From the NCBI RefSeq assembly GCF_001194135.2, contig NC_068994.1:5055649-5106258 (forward strand): 50,610 nt of DNA, given 5' to 3'. The translations under genes and the position numbers were made by a program. The notes under the pieces are model-generated. The model did no database searches. It was given only the letters and a program-made list of their open reading frames with translations, and was not told where the DNA came from. Positions 33,961 to 46,860 of this stretch are shown here, one piece after another. The stretch comes from Octopus bimaculoides (lineage: Eukaryota). Numbering within the stretch: position 1 is the stretch's first letter; each line of letters begins with the position of its first letter.

Positions 33961-34936
33961 GTACTACTACTACTATTACTGGGGATGGATTCGTATGAAA
34001 CTTTCAGGGATGTTTGGCATTGTGACTGGCATGAACTGATTAGATTTTGGGATCGATCCAGTACCGGACAAGGATTCTGGATTATCTCTTATATTTACTT
34101 TACATGAAGTATTACAATCTTACATTAACTTTCAAGTCTTTTTCAATTATCTCCCTTCATGTTGTAACTCTTTTGGATGATGAATTTGTTAACTTTGGCT
34201 TGTATTAGATAAGGATAAGCTATTTATTACTGTTATTAAATTTTCTACACCCACCTTAACATTCCATGACTACCATTGGGATTAATTAGGTACCAGACAA
34301 AGAAATCTGGACTATTTTCCGTTTTTTTTTTACTTAATTTTTGAGAACGGTTGGGTTCATTTTTAATATTCTCATTTGTAACAGCAGTCGTATTTATTTC
34401 AGATATTCTCATTTTGAAAATCATCTCTGGCTAATCATTGAAAGGACGTTGGTGTTGTCTCGGTGAAGATGTGTGTCCTCTGAATGCTCTTGTTATTACC
34501 GTCATTATTATTGAGTGGGAGAGGAGCACATGCCATCAAAGTGACACTGGGGAACAAATATATGAAGCCCAGTATACCCATTATGACTACCTGTCTGATA
34601 AGGGTACACCACGCACATGCATCACAACCATATGTGTGCATGACGTGGTGATCTCAGACCAAAATAAATAGCGCATGATCTTGCAGGTGGAGCCCAGTTA
34701 GAATTTTCTTCAGATAGAATTATATTCATAAATTTTTGGTTATTATGAAATACCTGTAAATTTTAACATTCTCTGAATGGTGTAATAACTGGATTTATAT
34801 GTTCTTCTTCACAAAATTCTTGGGCCTGGGACTAATTTAGAAACAATTATTACAGTCATAAGTATAATAATAATTATTTATTTTACATTAAATTAGATTG
34901 TTTTGTTTTTTTTATTTATATTTGAATAATCAAAAA

Positions 34937-35056
34937 TCAACTGAGCTCTTTGATGAGTTTAACCAAATCAACAGGTGTTGGGCCTTTCGACACACCTGAT
35001 ATCTTGATTGATTTTGCTTTCAGCTGCTTCTCAGTACTTGGTCCCAATGCCAGCAC
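34937..35056 (-). CDS. UROS: UROS coding exon 8 (terminal): VLALGPSTEKQLKAKSIKISGVSKGPTPVDLVKLIKELS*
   Basis: Acceptor TTTCAG, phase 0. Matches the UROS C-terminus (AIGPTTA..PTPQAL). AATAAA about 20 nt after the stop. Confidence 0.9.
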   Translation of the reverse strand: MLALGPSTEKQLKAKSIKISGVSKGPTPVDLVKLIKELS

Positions 35057-35806
35057 CTGAAACAGAAAACCATGGCAACAATTCAATAATTCTCCAAACA
35101 CATGACTGAAATTTTTAGGATTCTTCTTAGACATAGGGGACACAATAACTGTGAGGGTAACATTCTGGTCCCTTGGCCTACATTCAGCATAAATGCTGCT
35201 TGCTTCAGAATTTAAGCTAAATGCACCTTTTATTGGAGGTGTATTCAAATTTAAAACGTTGAATGCAAAAAAATGAAATAAGGAATTTAGAATTAATATT
35301 TAAGTGTAATATACAAAACTAAAATGCAAATGAAATATTAAAAATTGTAATTTAAATCTAAGTAAAAATCCAATCCATTCTATTGACCTTTGATGGTTGA
35401 TGAACACTGAAACTGGGACGTGTAAGAAAAGGAAAATGGTTTTTATGTGATTTTGTATTGAAAGGGCTGAGTAATGGCTGTGACTCTTTGCAGGGCCTCT
35501 GACAAACAAGGGGAAAGTTAACCTCATACTGCAAAGCATGGCACAGTACAGCTGTACCGGCATACTGATACATTAGCTGATATCCACGAAGTATCCCTCT
35601 TGACATGTGATCCTCCACGACCACCACCAGCTGCAATGATTTCAAACCAGGTTATGCAAGACTGTATTTAAGGGGATCTTATATTTTCTCTTTCAGAGTG
35701 AAACAAGGGTGTCATGTATGTTAAAGGTAAAATGGACGACAAGGACCATAGAAACATTGGAAACAACTGTTTAAGAGATAGAGAGAGACAAATGAATGTT
35801 ACAAAC

Positions 35807-35902
35807 CTTTGATTGAGACATATCCCAGACTGGAGTTATAAAAGGCAGTGCAGAGTCGACCCCGGAAGGACTAAAGAACACAAGATATTCTGGTTGACCT
35901 TT
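35807..35902 (-). CDS. UROS: UROS coding exon 7: KGQPEYLVFFSPSGVDSALPFITPVWDMSQSK
   Basis: AG/GT boundaries, phase 0/0. Invariant FFSPSG motif. Confidence 0.93.
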
Positions 35903-36614
35903 CTGTAAAAGAAATATGAAAAATAAATAAATATATCTATTAAATCTAAAACAATATGGTAGAATGTCCTTATTTTTTTCTCTTGGAAGCACATGGAAAA
36001 ATATTTTGGAAAAGTTGACAGTGATGATGAAGATGATGGCTATAGGGGTGAGTAAGTATCTTGACCAAAATCAAGTGCAGTTAAATATTGCTTCGGCATT
36101 GAGTTAAAGATACACCTTCACCACTCATACTATTAAAAAATGCAGTTGAATGAGTTATTAAAAAAAAAAACAAAAAAAAAATTCTTTACACCCCCTCCCC
36201 TAACAATTTTATCAAGTTTTGACACTTTAGAGACAACAAACAGATTGTTCAGAAAAAATGAGANNNNNNNNNNCCCCCCCCCCCCCTTGTATAGAAAGAC
36301 AATTTTATCAAATTTGACACTTAAGAGACAATAGGGGAATAAACCTCATAAGATCTGATGTCTCTAAAGCGAGAATAAAATTTTATTTCCTTCAATTTAG
36401 TGGTACATGATTTTTTTTTTAAGTCTGTTGTACTTTTTGTTTTTTTATTTTGATTCCCCTGTGATATTATTAACATTTTGAATAACAAAAATTAAATATC
36501 ACAAGGATTTTAGAAATGATTTGGGGTGGCATGGCCAAAAATCGGTTGGGAACCATTGGGTTAGATGGAAAGTCAGCTGAGGCAAGATTTTCGGACAGAA
36601 TGACTTGAACTCAC

Positions 36615-36700
36615 CAGTGCTTTACATACTCCATCGATACATATGTGAAGATGAGGATTTGGCAGTGTTTCATAAACTGTTATTTCTTCAACTGGTATTC
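36615..36700 (-). CDS. UROS: UROS coding exon 6: (G)IPVEEITVYETLPNPHLHICIDGVCKAL
   Basis: AG/GT boundaries, 86 nt, phase 1/0. ITVYET matches the UROS ITVYQT motif. Confidence 0.92.
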
Positions 36701-37513
36701 CTGAAAATGACAACCAAAGACGCAAACATAAACATTGCTTAATGAAGTTGGTTTGACACAAAGCAAAAAAACGTGTAAGATTCTAAGAGTGTTATTGTTG
36801 GATTCTGTCCTAAATTACTACAGTCAGTATGTGAAGCTGGTGAGGAAGGCACATGAGGTTGCTAAGCTTGCTAGAAACAGCAGCAGAATTGCCATGAAAA
36901 CACACCACAGCATTCTAAATACAGTGGAGAACGTTGTCCTAGATATATGGCTAAAAAAGAGGCATGTGCATGAGTGAATTGTCTTCGATCATAAGTCTGG
37001 TTGATTACGGTTGACCTGGTGTTGTAGAACGAAAATAACTCATGAATACTACTGAGAATGAAGCATATAAACAGAAGATGAAAAATTAATTAGAGCTGAC
37101 GGCTGGAAACGATCTGGTCTGATGCCATCAGAACTGAAAACATAACCCAGGTAATGCATTTATCAGTAACGAACTCTTGACTATTTCTGTTTTCAGGACA
37201 CTCCTACACATGTTAACAAATTCTATTCCTTTGTGTTTTCTCTTTCTTTACAAGATATTACAGTTGCAGTTAATAAATACATTAGCAATTTTAAATTACA
37301 TAAGCACTGACTACTACTGCCTTCAGAGAACACAATAACTGCCTCAGCAGAGTCGTAGAGTAATAAGCTAGTAATAGAGTTAACTAAGTGATGGTGGTTG
37401 ACAAATAAGGAATTAAATAGATGGGTTAATAAGGAGGTGGTGGGAAACAAATAAGGGATTATATAGCAGGACTAATAAAGTGCTCGTGGTGGGAACAAAC
37501 AAAAGATTATATA

Positions 37514-37760
37514 GCAATGAGGACATAGTGGTGGTGGTGGCGAAGTAAATAAGGGATTAGAGATTAAGTAGTAAGGCGAAAACAAACAAGAAATTATGCA
37601 GAAGGGTTAATTAAGATGTAAAATAAAGATTGGATAGCAATGAGGACATAGTAGTGGTGGCGAAACAGACAAGGGATTACAGAGATTAAGTGGTAAGGTG
37701 AAAACAAACAAGAAATTATGCAGAAGGGTTAATTAAGGTGTAAAATAAAGATTGGATAGC
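37514..37760. repeat. Tandem duplication, about 123 bp x2, in a UROS intron
   Basis: GCAATGAGGACATAGT..TAAAATAAAGATTGGATA begins at 37514 and at 37637. Confidence 0.85.
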
Positions 37761-37878
37761 AGGTAAGAAATGATAAATTTGGGAGTGAATCATGTAGGCA
37801 ACTGAAAGGAGGTATATGGAACCCATATTCAGTTTTTAGAAGAGATCATTATATTCTTAATAAAACCTGTTGCCTTAC

Positions 37879-37968
37879 CATTTTGTTTGAGGTGAGTTGG
37901 AAGGTCGTCATTTCGTATCTTGCTACAGGGGAACAGAATAGGTTTACAATCTGACTTCTTTTCTATTT
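37879..37968 (-). CDS. UROS: UROS coding exon 5: (E)IEKKSDCKPILFPCSKIRNDDLPTHLKQN(G)
   Basis: Not in the ORF track; found by manual translation. AG/GT boundaries, phase 1/1. PILFPC matches UROS PLLFPCG. Confidence 0.9.
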
Positions 37969-38255
37969 CTGTAAGGCAACACAAAAACAAGAATTAAATA
38001 TAATTACAAAAAAGAAAGAAAAGAGGAAGAAGCAGCTTTACAAAACATTTAAGAGTAAACTATGTAACCCCTATGGTAGCAAAGAGCCCAAGTTATACCT
38101 TTTCTTTTAGTCATATACAATGATTGCTAAATTTACCCCTCCATTTCTGGCTCAACATTTAATTTTCATTTGTGTTAAAATATTTTCATTGCTCTGAAAC
38201 CACAACTTGTGCACTGACAAAACATGGTGTTGATATATATATATAAATATCATAA

Positions 38256-38295
<40 letters not shown>

Positions 38296-38432
38296 CATAT
38301 TATAAGAAGGTATTATAAATGTGTGTGTGTTTTGAAAAGGTTCTATTTGACTTGACAGTTTTCATATTTATTTTTACGGATCAACAAAAGGGCGAAATTC
38401 AATCAAGTTTTAGTTTGTTAATTTTGTCTTAC

Positions 38433-38507
38433 CTTTCAAAATGAATTCAGCTAACTTTTTACCATGGCCACTATTTTCACCTGTAGGTTTGAAGCCTAAA
38501 TTGGCAG
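38433..38507 (-). CDS. UROS: UROS coding exon 4: (A)[24 protein letters not shown]
   Basis: AG/GT boundaries, 75 nt, phase 1/1. Matches GLDTEGETCGNAEKLAEYI. Confidence 0.9.
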
Positions 38508-38530
38508 CTAAAATAGAAAATAAAGTGCAT

Positions 38531-38589
<59 letters not shown>

Positions 38590-38852
38590 GTACACATATA
38601 TATATATATATATGCATATATAAATATACATATATACATACATGTCTATACACACCCACACATAATAACAATAGCAGGGTATGATCTTCTCTCTCACTCT
38701 CTCTACACACACACACTCATACACACATTTACAAAACTAATGGATGTACAACTCAGGTACAATCTGGGTGAAAACCCCAGCCATTTCATGAGCTGACCTT
38801 AAATGCAGAGGAATACAAATATATGCTTGGGGTCAGATAAGTCGTACTCTAC

Positions 38853-38915
38853 CTGAGGTCGCCGTACTCTTGCCAACTACAAAACATTTCAGGTCCTTGC
38901 AGGTTGTCTTCTTAT
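38853..38915 (-). CDS. UROS: UROS coding exon 3: (N)KKTTCKDLKCFVVGKSTATS
   Basis: AG/GT boundaries, phase 1/1. FVVGKSTA matches YVVGNATA. Confidence 0.88.
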
Positions 38916-40659
38916 CTAGAGTAAATAAAACAACAAGAGATGTATCGAAATGACAATGATGATGATGGTGGTGGTGGTAATGAACAATGTGGCTAATACT
39001 AAGAATATGGTATACGTGTTGCACAATCATCTACTGCTATAATCGATACAGGGTACAGATACTTTCAAGCACCTCCTTGTGCTTCTCACCTCTCATTACT
39101 ATTTAATGTTGTAGTGTTTTATGAAGACAAAGAACCAAGGAACCAGGTTTACTTGTATTGGTCTTTCAAAGTTCTTTGCTTGTGGGTGCCTGGTGAAGCA
39201 TTCAAGCCTGACAAGACTGGAAGCATACAATCACAAAACTGCACATTCAACAGTTGGGACATATCCTCAGCCTCTTTTCTTCAATTCAAATGGTTAGAAG
39301 AATTGGGTGAAAACACCTGTAACTGAACAGCTTTATTTAAGGAGAGCCCGTCCCACCAAAATTTCCAGGAAGAAACAAGAAAAGGTCTCAACCATTGCCT
39401 GTCCTGCAAGCTGGTCAGTTTGCCATGACTGACAGAGCTGTTCCATTCAGCAGGAGTAGCAAATGTAAAATGTATAAAAATTATTAAAAAATGTAAAGGA
39501 CATATCTATGAATGTACCATTGAAATGGTGTGAATCTTGCTGGATGATGAAAAATCCAACAGGCTTGATCACCAAACTCATCATCATCCTTTAATGTCCA
39601 TTATCCACACTGGCATGGATTGGATGATTTGACCACAGATGGTCAACACCAGGCTCAGTTGTCTGCGCTGGCATGGTTTCTACAGATGGATGCTTTCCTT
39701 AAGGCCAACCACTTTACAGAGTGTACTAGATGCGTTTTATACGACAACAGCACTAGTATCAATTCCGCTGTGGTGGTCAGGTCTTTTTGAGTAGAGCAAT
39801 GTGATGGATATCTCAGTCCTTAGTCATCTCCTTCGTAGAACTTAACTGATGCAGGTTCAATATTGCTTCTGTTTCTGAGACATTACTTTTAAAGAAAGAC
39901 CAACTCATTGAAACAATTTGGGGGGTGGGGGCTGAAAAGGAGAGAGAGCAACATTGACTTTGCCATCAGGAAGAACCTAACTAATAGGCTGGAGGAGTCT
40001 GGGGCTAAACAGCAATTATTTGGTTCCCATTTTGTACAACACAGTATTAAGGATGGCAGCTCAGTATATTTGGTTTCCAGGCCTTAACTCTTTAACTATC
40101 AAACAATAACAACAACATCAATACAAGTCTTATAATCACATCAATAGTTAACCCCCTTTTGTGGCCTGATCTCAAATGAAATGTTACCACGTCATTCACA
40201 AGTATGACCTGGTAGCATGTTTTGATTGTTTTAGGTGCCTGTGTAGTCTAGAGAAGACTCTTTCAGTGGTTGTTTGATCTGCTAGAAATAACAACCGAAT
40301 CTGTCACAAATCACATTTTATCATCTTCAGAAAGGACAAAAAAAAAAAAAGAGTTCACTGTATAATGTTGTCCAATCTACTATCTAAAATACAGGGTAGT
40401 CATAGATGGAAAGCCTTTGCTCACAGATTTGATGATTGGGCTGACTCGGGGCTAAACAACAACAACATATCCGAAAGACCACACTTTGCTGCTTGATTTG
40501 CAAGGAATAGTAGCTAAATCTCTCTCAAATCACACATCACTGTCTTTAAAAAAAACCCAAAAGGGCCTGCTGGATATTGTAGCCGAAGGTGAAATAAGGA
40601 CTGCATCTGACATGGTGAGGTGGTCATGGCTGGAAAGGTTTTGATCAAAGGTGACTTAC

Positions 40660-40843
40660 TGTATGCTGTTAGCTGCTTAATGGCAGAGTCCACTACCACC
40701 ACACTACGAGTACTGGTGAAAATGATGCCACTGTATTTATTTCTAGCATCTCCACTGAGCTTTTGTGCCAAGACATCTGTGTGCAAAGATTGAAACGACA
40801 GCACAGGTACAACGTTGACAGTCAGTTCAGATTTCTGTAATTC
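40660..40843 (-). CDS. UROS: UROS coding exon 2: ELQKSELTVNVVPVLSFQ..YSGIIFTSTRSV..QLTAY
   Basis: TGCAG acceptor and GTAAGT donor, phase 0/1. IPVLSF and GLIFTSPRAV homologous motifs. Confidence 0.93.
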
Positions 40844-41489
40844 CTGCAAATAGAAAGCATAAGAACATGGTGAAGGTCCTCTAAGACAACGATGATAATG
40901 GTTTTAACACAGGCCAAAGTTTGAAATTTGAAGGAAGGGAACAGTTAATTATATCGACACCAATATTTGACAGGTACTTTGTTATATTGACCTCAAAAGG
41001 ATGAAAGGCAAAGTTGACCTCAGCAGGATTTGAACTCAGAATGTAAGGAGTTGGAAGAAATACCACTTAACATTTTGTCTGACGTGCTAACGATTCTGTC
41101 AGCTCAGCACCTTAATAACAACAGCAACAATAATCCTCTCTACCAATTATTGTAGCTGCATAGACAATGATTGAGAACCAAGATGTTTGGCTCCAGGTTG
41201 GCTCAGATCAAGGAGATTTTTATCATCAAAGACGGTCCAGTCTTGACCATCACATTTTTTTGTACATCAATGATTACATTATTCAGTGTTATGTAAGGCA
41301 GTATGTTATGATCTGAGGGCAAGTTGGCTGCTGTCACTTGCAGGTTGAGTGACTGCATAAAGGCTCCTTTCATCAGCTTACATAGTAAGGTTTGTGGAGA
41401 TCTGGAGGCAAGGATGTCGCTTACACATTGTGGGAACAACAAATCAGTCACTGGGGAAAGAGCAAAGAGACAACAAACACATGACCTAC

Positions 41490-41567
41490 CGCCAGAAATA
41501 TGTCGTTTTCACCTTCTGCTGGAGATTTGAAGAGAATAACTGAATTCTTCTTTATGTCCTTCGACAT
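41490..41567 (-). CDS. UROS: UROS coding exon 1: MSKDIKKNSVILFKSPAEGENDIFLA (5' UTR part extends to 41605)
   Basis: ATG 41567 and GTAGGT donor, phase 0. An upstream acceptor TTTTATTGCAG at 41606 implies a further non-coding exon. The eight exons total 792 nt = 263 aa plus stop. Confidence 0.8.
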
Positions 41568-41784
41568 TCTGTTTGAATCCCTGGGTACTCCTGAGTGACC
41601 GAGACCTGCAATAAAAGGGGCAGTAGTTCTCTGATTGGCCAGCTGAAGACATATTGCATATCATTACAGAATAAAAAGGGTTATAGATTAAATACAGCAT
41701 CAAGTATACATACATGCATGCACAAGAATGTGTGCATGTATGCACACACACACACACACAGAGTAATTGATGGAGTGCTCCTTT

Positions 41785-42006
41785 AACCCTTTAGTGTTTA
41801 AACCAGCCATATCTGGCCCAAGTATTCTATGTTTTATATTTGAACTAGCCATATCTAGCTTCTCACACCTAACCTACATTGACATTCTAAAAAAAAATAA
41901 TCACATCATTGAAACCTCAAAGCTATGAGATAATACATGATTAATTCAAAACAATTTGAGTGAAAAAGTATTACATTTAACAGTGTAATCTGAACATTAA
42001 AGGGTT
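41785..42006. mobile_element. MITE
   Basis: Terminal inverted repeats AACCCTTTAGTGTTTA / TGAACATTAAAGGGTT. Confidence 0.7.
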
Positions 42007-42589
42007 CTCAGTCAAATCGTCCAACCCATGCTAGCATGGAAAGCGGACGTTAAACGATGATGATGATGATATATAATGTAAGTATGTATCAACAAGCAAG
42101 CACAGATAAGGTGTGGGGCTGGGGAACTGGGTGTGATACAGCTGATTACTCTAATACTAAAAACCAAATGCGATATAAATCAAATGCTACAAGTTATTTT
42201 GTCTGGCATTCTAATACTGCTGCCACTCTACCACCCTTACCAAAGTAATAGAAAACACTGACCTTTTTTCTGGTAGAAAATACATCAGCACTCTACAAGT
42301 AATAAATGACCTTCTACACACTAGTGTAGCTAGAATGTGTGCTGTCTGGGATGGCCCTTCCGTTTGCTGCCACCGGACCCTACAAAAACACATAAATCTT
42401 AGAGTAGACCTAAAAGTACCCCTTTAAAAATGCCGCCCATGGCTAACCACCCCTACATTAGTGCTTCCATAAAGGTCAGGTGAGGCACACAATAGAATAC
42501 TGCTTCTATATCTGGGAGAGTGCCACTGCTATTTATTTAGGCAGCCAAGATGGCATCCAAAAGACAGCCACTCATCTGATTCACATGAA

Positions 42590-42960
42590 GTCACTCACAT
42601 CTACACTCCAATTCTGACCCACAGATGATGTAGTCTTCTCTCTCCACTTTTTCTACTGTTACTGGAGTGACCTCTTCTCTCCAGAGCTGGCTTATCTCTT
42701 GCCACCTCAACTTAAGCCCTTCCAACTCACTTGTCTCTCCTACTCTCATCACCCATCGTGTCCCCTTCCACCACAGATCCAGCACTAACCATTGCACCCA
42801 GTCCTTACTCCCTGATTACCTTCCCACTGGAATCCTTTCACTGCAAACGTTTTGTCTTGCAGCTGTCAACTTGCAACCGTTTAATAGGAACATTCACTGT
42901 ATCACTCTCACCAGTCCCACACTATCTATAAAAGCCATGGGCACTGTCCCTCCAGCCAGA
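42590..42960 (+). mobile_element. Possible L2/CR1-type LINE RT remnant
   Basis: SSLQSWLISCHLNLSPSNS resembles the LINE RT motif ..I..W...N.LKLNP.KT. Confidence 0.4.
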
Positions 42961-44034
42961 CCACATTAATCAAGATATGATAATAAAGAAAAATGGTTTC
43001 TAACACAGACATAAAACTGCAAATTCTAGGCAAAATGTTGGTTAAATTAGTTCTAGTATATGATTGGTAATTATTTTAATTCTGTTCAGAAAGTCACCTG
43101 ACATACCAGAAAGATGAAAGGCAGAGTCGACTTCAGCACAACTTAAACTTAGAATGTAATGAGATATAAACTAAAAACTGCAAAGAATTTAGACTGTTGC
43201 TGCACAACAATCTCTCTTACAGTGACACAGTGTTGTTGTACACTGATTGTTTACCTTGACACAATGTTGCAATTTCTCTCTCTCTACCCCCCTCCTTCTC
43301 TCTCTCTCTCTCTCTATTTTTTCTATCCCTCATACACTCTCGATTTCATGTATTTTCATTTTTATTGTAAGTACACAATCGTCCATGTAACCTACATATC
43401 ATTCTTGCATAAATTTATGTTTTTATCATTTTAGAGATTTGAGTAACGTAATTTGTATAAACTCTTAAATTGAAAAATTATTGCAGAATTTTAATTTTCA
43501 GTCATAGAAACCATTCATATTATTAATATTAATGAGCTGCAATATGAATGTAACTTGAATTAATTAGTGTCAAGTCAGTTAGTGTGTTTGGCTTATGCAG
43601 GGGAATATTTTATACAGTAAGTTAGCAGCTTATCAAATGTTATGTTAATGGTGTCTCCATATGTGACCTCTATGAAAACAAATATTTTAAGTAGTTAGTT
43701 AATAGCAAAGTGTAATAGCACATGGCCTGGTGGTTAGGGTGTTGCACTCATGATTGAAAGGTTTGGTTTCAATTCCCAGACTGGGCAGTAAAACATGAAT
43801 AAAACATTTCATATCACATTGCCCTGCAATCACTTTGACATCTGACCGGTGGCACACCATGCACTTGGACAAACAATGTCAATTTGATGGACAGGGTCAG
43901 CTAAAGTAGAGGACAGACATTTGATCACTATAAAGAAAAGGATCTGAGCAAGTTGTTCAACGAGAAATTGCAGAACTGTCTTTCTCAAACTTGGGAGATA
44001 GCCATGATAATATATATTGTTTTTCTTGGGACAA

Positions 44035-44107
<73 letters not shown>

Positions 44108-44966
44108 ATATTAGGGACAAAATCCAAAATTACAGGTAAAAACTCAATTGAAATCAATTTATAAAAAATTAAAATTAAATTGAGCTTTATAGATAAAATA
44201 TATAGTTTTATATATATATATATATATATATAGATATATATATATACACACAGAGTAAGGTTTGTACAATATCCATCTTCCAAATTCATGTATAGGGCGT
44301 TGGTTGAAATAACACACGCACACACATATATAAGTACATGTTGTGATATATGTATGTGAGTACAATAGCCACTAAGCTAGAAGCAGTAATGTTGATGCCA
44401 TATGCCCTGTCAACAAACCATTTGCTGACTGTGCTTTCAAAGACATACAAGAGACCCCCTGATGCAAAAATCAATTACAGGTCAGTGACTAAAAGGATAC
44501 CTGTCTATTAAATGTTAATGAAAGTGATTAAAAGTGGTTTTCTTTTGTTTGTTTTCTGTGTGTTCTTAAATGAAACTTCTGCTCAGGGATGCAACTATTT
44601 CAGATCTAACATACAGTCTCAGATCATGTTACTTGACAAACAAGAACAATTTTGATATTTATATATGTATGTGTGTGTGTGCATATGTTTGTAGACATGT
44701 ATATATATATATAAATGCATGTCTACAAACATATATATAGTGCACACACGTGCATACATAGACCCACCTACTCATACACACTAAATTTTTGAATAGTTTC
44801 CATGTTTCCATCAGGCAAATTCCATTCACAAGGTACAAAATAATCCAACAAAACTAGTGGTGGTGGAACACATTGGCAAAAGGAAGAAAATTGTACAGAG
44901 AAGTTTGTGCTCTTTTGGATAAGTCAATATATGCTACAGCAGGGGCTTTCAGTGGTTTGTCATGGA

Positions 44967-45195
44967 TTAACCCTTTCTCCACTGCATTTATTTTGAGATG
45001 CTCTGTTGTTCTTTCAATTAATTTTAAATATAATAAAGAATTTAGTAAAATAACTTAGTTATCATTCAGCTAGTGTTAGGAACATAAATTGTGACTAAGG
45101 TTTGGTGGAAGATTTTAATTCAAAACTTATGAAAACAAGACATTTGTACTCAGAGCCAGAACCGGTTTCAGCCGGGTTGGTATCAAAAGGGTTAA
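44967..45195. mobile_element. TTAA-flanked MITE (piggyBac-like ends)
   Basis: TTAACCCTTT ... AAAGGGTTAA. A second TAACCCTTTCG start at about 45220 runs into the 982-N gap. Confidence 0.7.
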
Positions 45196-46451
45196 GAATT
45201 GTTTCTCTATTGTATATTCTAACCCTTTCGTTACCATATTTCTGTTGACATGTTCTGTGGNNNNNNNNNNNNNNNNNNNNNNNNNNNNNNNNNNNNNNNN
45301 NNNNNNNNNNNNNNNNNNNNNNNNNNNNNNNNNNNNNNNNNNNNNNNNNNNNNNNNNNNNNNNNNNNNNNNNNNNNNNNNNNNNNNNNNNNNNNNNNNNN
45401 NNNNNNNNNNNNNNNNNNNNNNNNNNNNNNNNNNNNNNNNNNNNNNNNNNNNNNNNNNNNNNNNNNNNNNNNNNNNNNNNNNNNNNNNNNNNNNNNNNNN
45501 NNNNNNNNNNNNNNNNNNNNNNNNNNNNNNNNNNNNNNNNNNNNNNNNNNNNNNNNNNNNNNNNNNNNNNNNNNNNNNNNNNNNNNNNNNNNNNNNNNNN
45601 NNNNNNNNNNNNNNNNNNNNNNNNNNNNNNNNNNNNNNNNNNNNNNNNNNNNNNNNNNNNNNNNNNNNNNNNNNNNNNNNNNNNNNNNNNNNNNNNNNNN
45701 NNNNNNNNNNNNNNNNNNNNNNNNNNNNNNNNNNNNNNNNNNNNNNNNNNNNNNNNNNNNNNNNNNNNNNNNNNNNNNNNNNNNNNNNNNNNNNNNNNNN
45801 NNNNNNNNNNNNNNNNNNNNNNNNNNNNNNNNNNNNNNNNNNNNNNNNNNNNNNNNNNNNNNNNNNNNNNNNNNNNNNNNNNNNNNNNNNNNNNNNNNNN
45901 NNNNNNNNNNNNNNNNNNNNNNNNNNNNNNNNNNNNNNNNNNNNNNNNNNNNNNNNNNNNNNNNNNNNNNNNNNNNNNNNNNNNNNNNNNNNNNNNNNNN
46001 NNNNNNNNNNNNNNNNNNNNNNNNNNNNNNNNNNNNNNNNNNNNNNNNNNNNNNNNNNNNNNNNNNNNNNNNNNNNNNNNNNNNNNNNNNNNNNNNNNNN
46101 NNNNNNNNNNNNNNNNNNNNNNNNNNNNNNNNNNNNNNNNNNNNNNNNNNNNNNNNNNNNNNNNNNNNNNNNNNNNNNNNNNNNNNNNNNNNNNNNNNNN
46201 NNNNNNNNNNNNNNNNNNNNNNNNNNNNNNNNNNNNNNNNNNAAAAAAAAAAAAAAAAATTTCATTTTTTTTCAACAATTTTCATGTTTTTCCAGTATTA
46301 CACATGCCATTAAACCAAACAATGATTATGGAATTTTTAAGAAGAAAAAGAAACTCATCCTCAAACTTCATACCAAGAATCAACATCACTTTGGTTTTGG
46401 GATGATTAAAAAAGCAAAAAAAAACTATTTTATTTATTATGAATAATAATG

Positions 46452-46860
46452 TAGGAGTGGCTGTGTGGTAAGTAGCTTGCTTACCAACCACATGGTTCTG
46501 GGTTCAGTCCCACTGCGTGGAACTTTGGGCAAGTGTTTTCTACTATAGTCTCGGTCCGACCAATGCCTTGTGAGTGGATTTGGTAGACGGAAACTGAAAA
46601 AAGCCTGTCATATATATGTATATATGTATATATATATATATATATATATGTATGTCTGTGTGTCTGTGTTTGTCCCCCCCAACATCGCTTGACAACCAAT
46701 GCTGGTGTGTTTACGTCCCTGTAACTTAGCAGTTCGGCAAAAAGAGACCGATAGAATAAGTACTAGGCTTCCAAAGAATAAGTCCTGGGGTTGATTTGCT
46801 TGACTTAAGGCGGTGCTCCAGCATGGCTGCAGTCAAATGACTGAAACAAGTAAAATAGTA
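46452..46860 (+). mobile_element. tRNA-headed SINE with internal (TA)n
   Basis: GGAGTGGCTGTGTGGTAAG..GGGTTCAGTCCCACTGCGTGG head and a long conserved-looking body ending ..GAAACAAGTAAAA. Confidence 0.7.

Noticed and set aside
36735-36977. 80-aa plus-strand ORF inside a UROS intron
   Set aside because: TTG start and no splice support. At most a faint Tigger HTH-like remnant.
38410-44365. Several YIYI/HHHH-rich ORFs
   Set aside because: Translations of (TA)n, (CA)n and (GAT)n microsatellites. The only real parts are the UROS exons listed.
45127-46446. Longest ORFs in the track (344-398 aa)
   Set aside because: Almost entirely the 982-N assembly gap.
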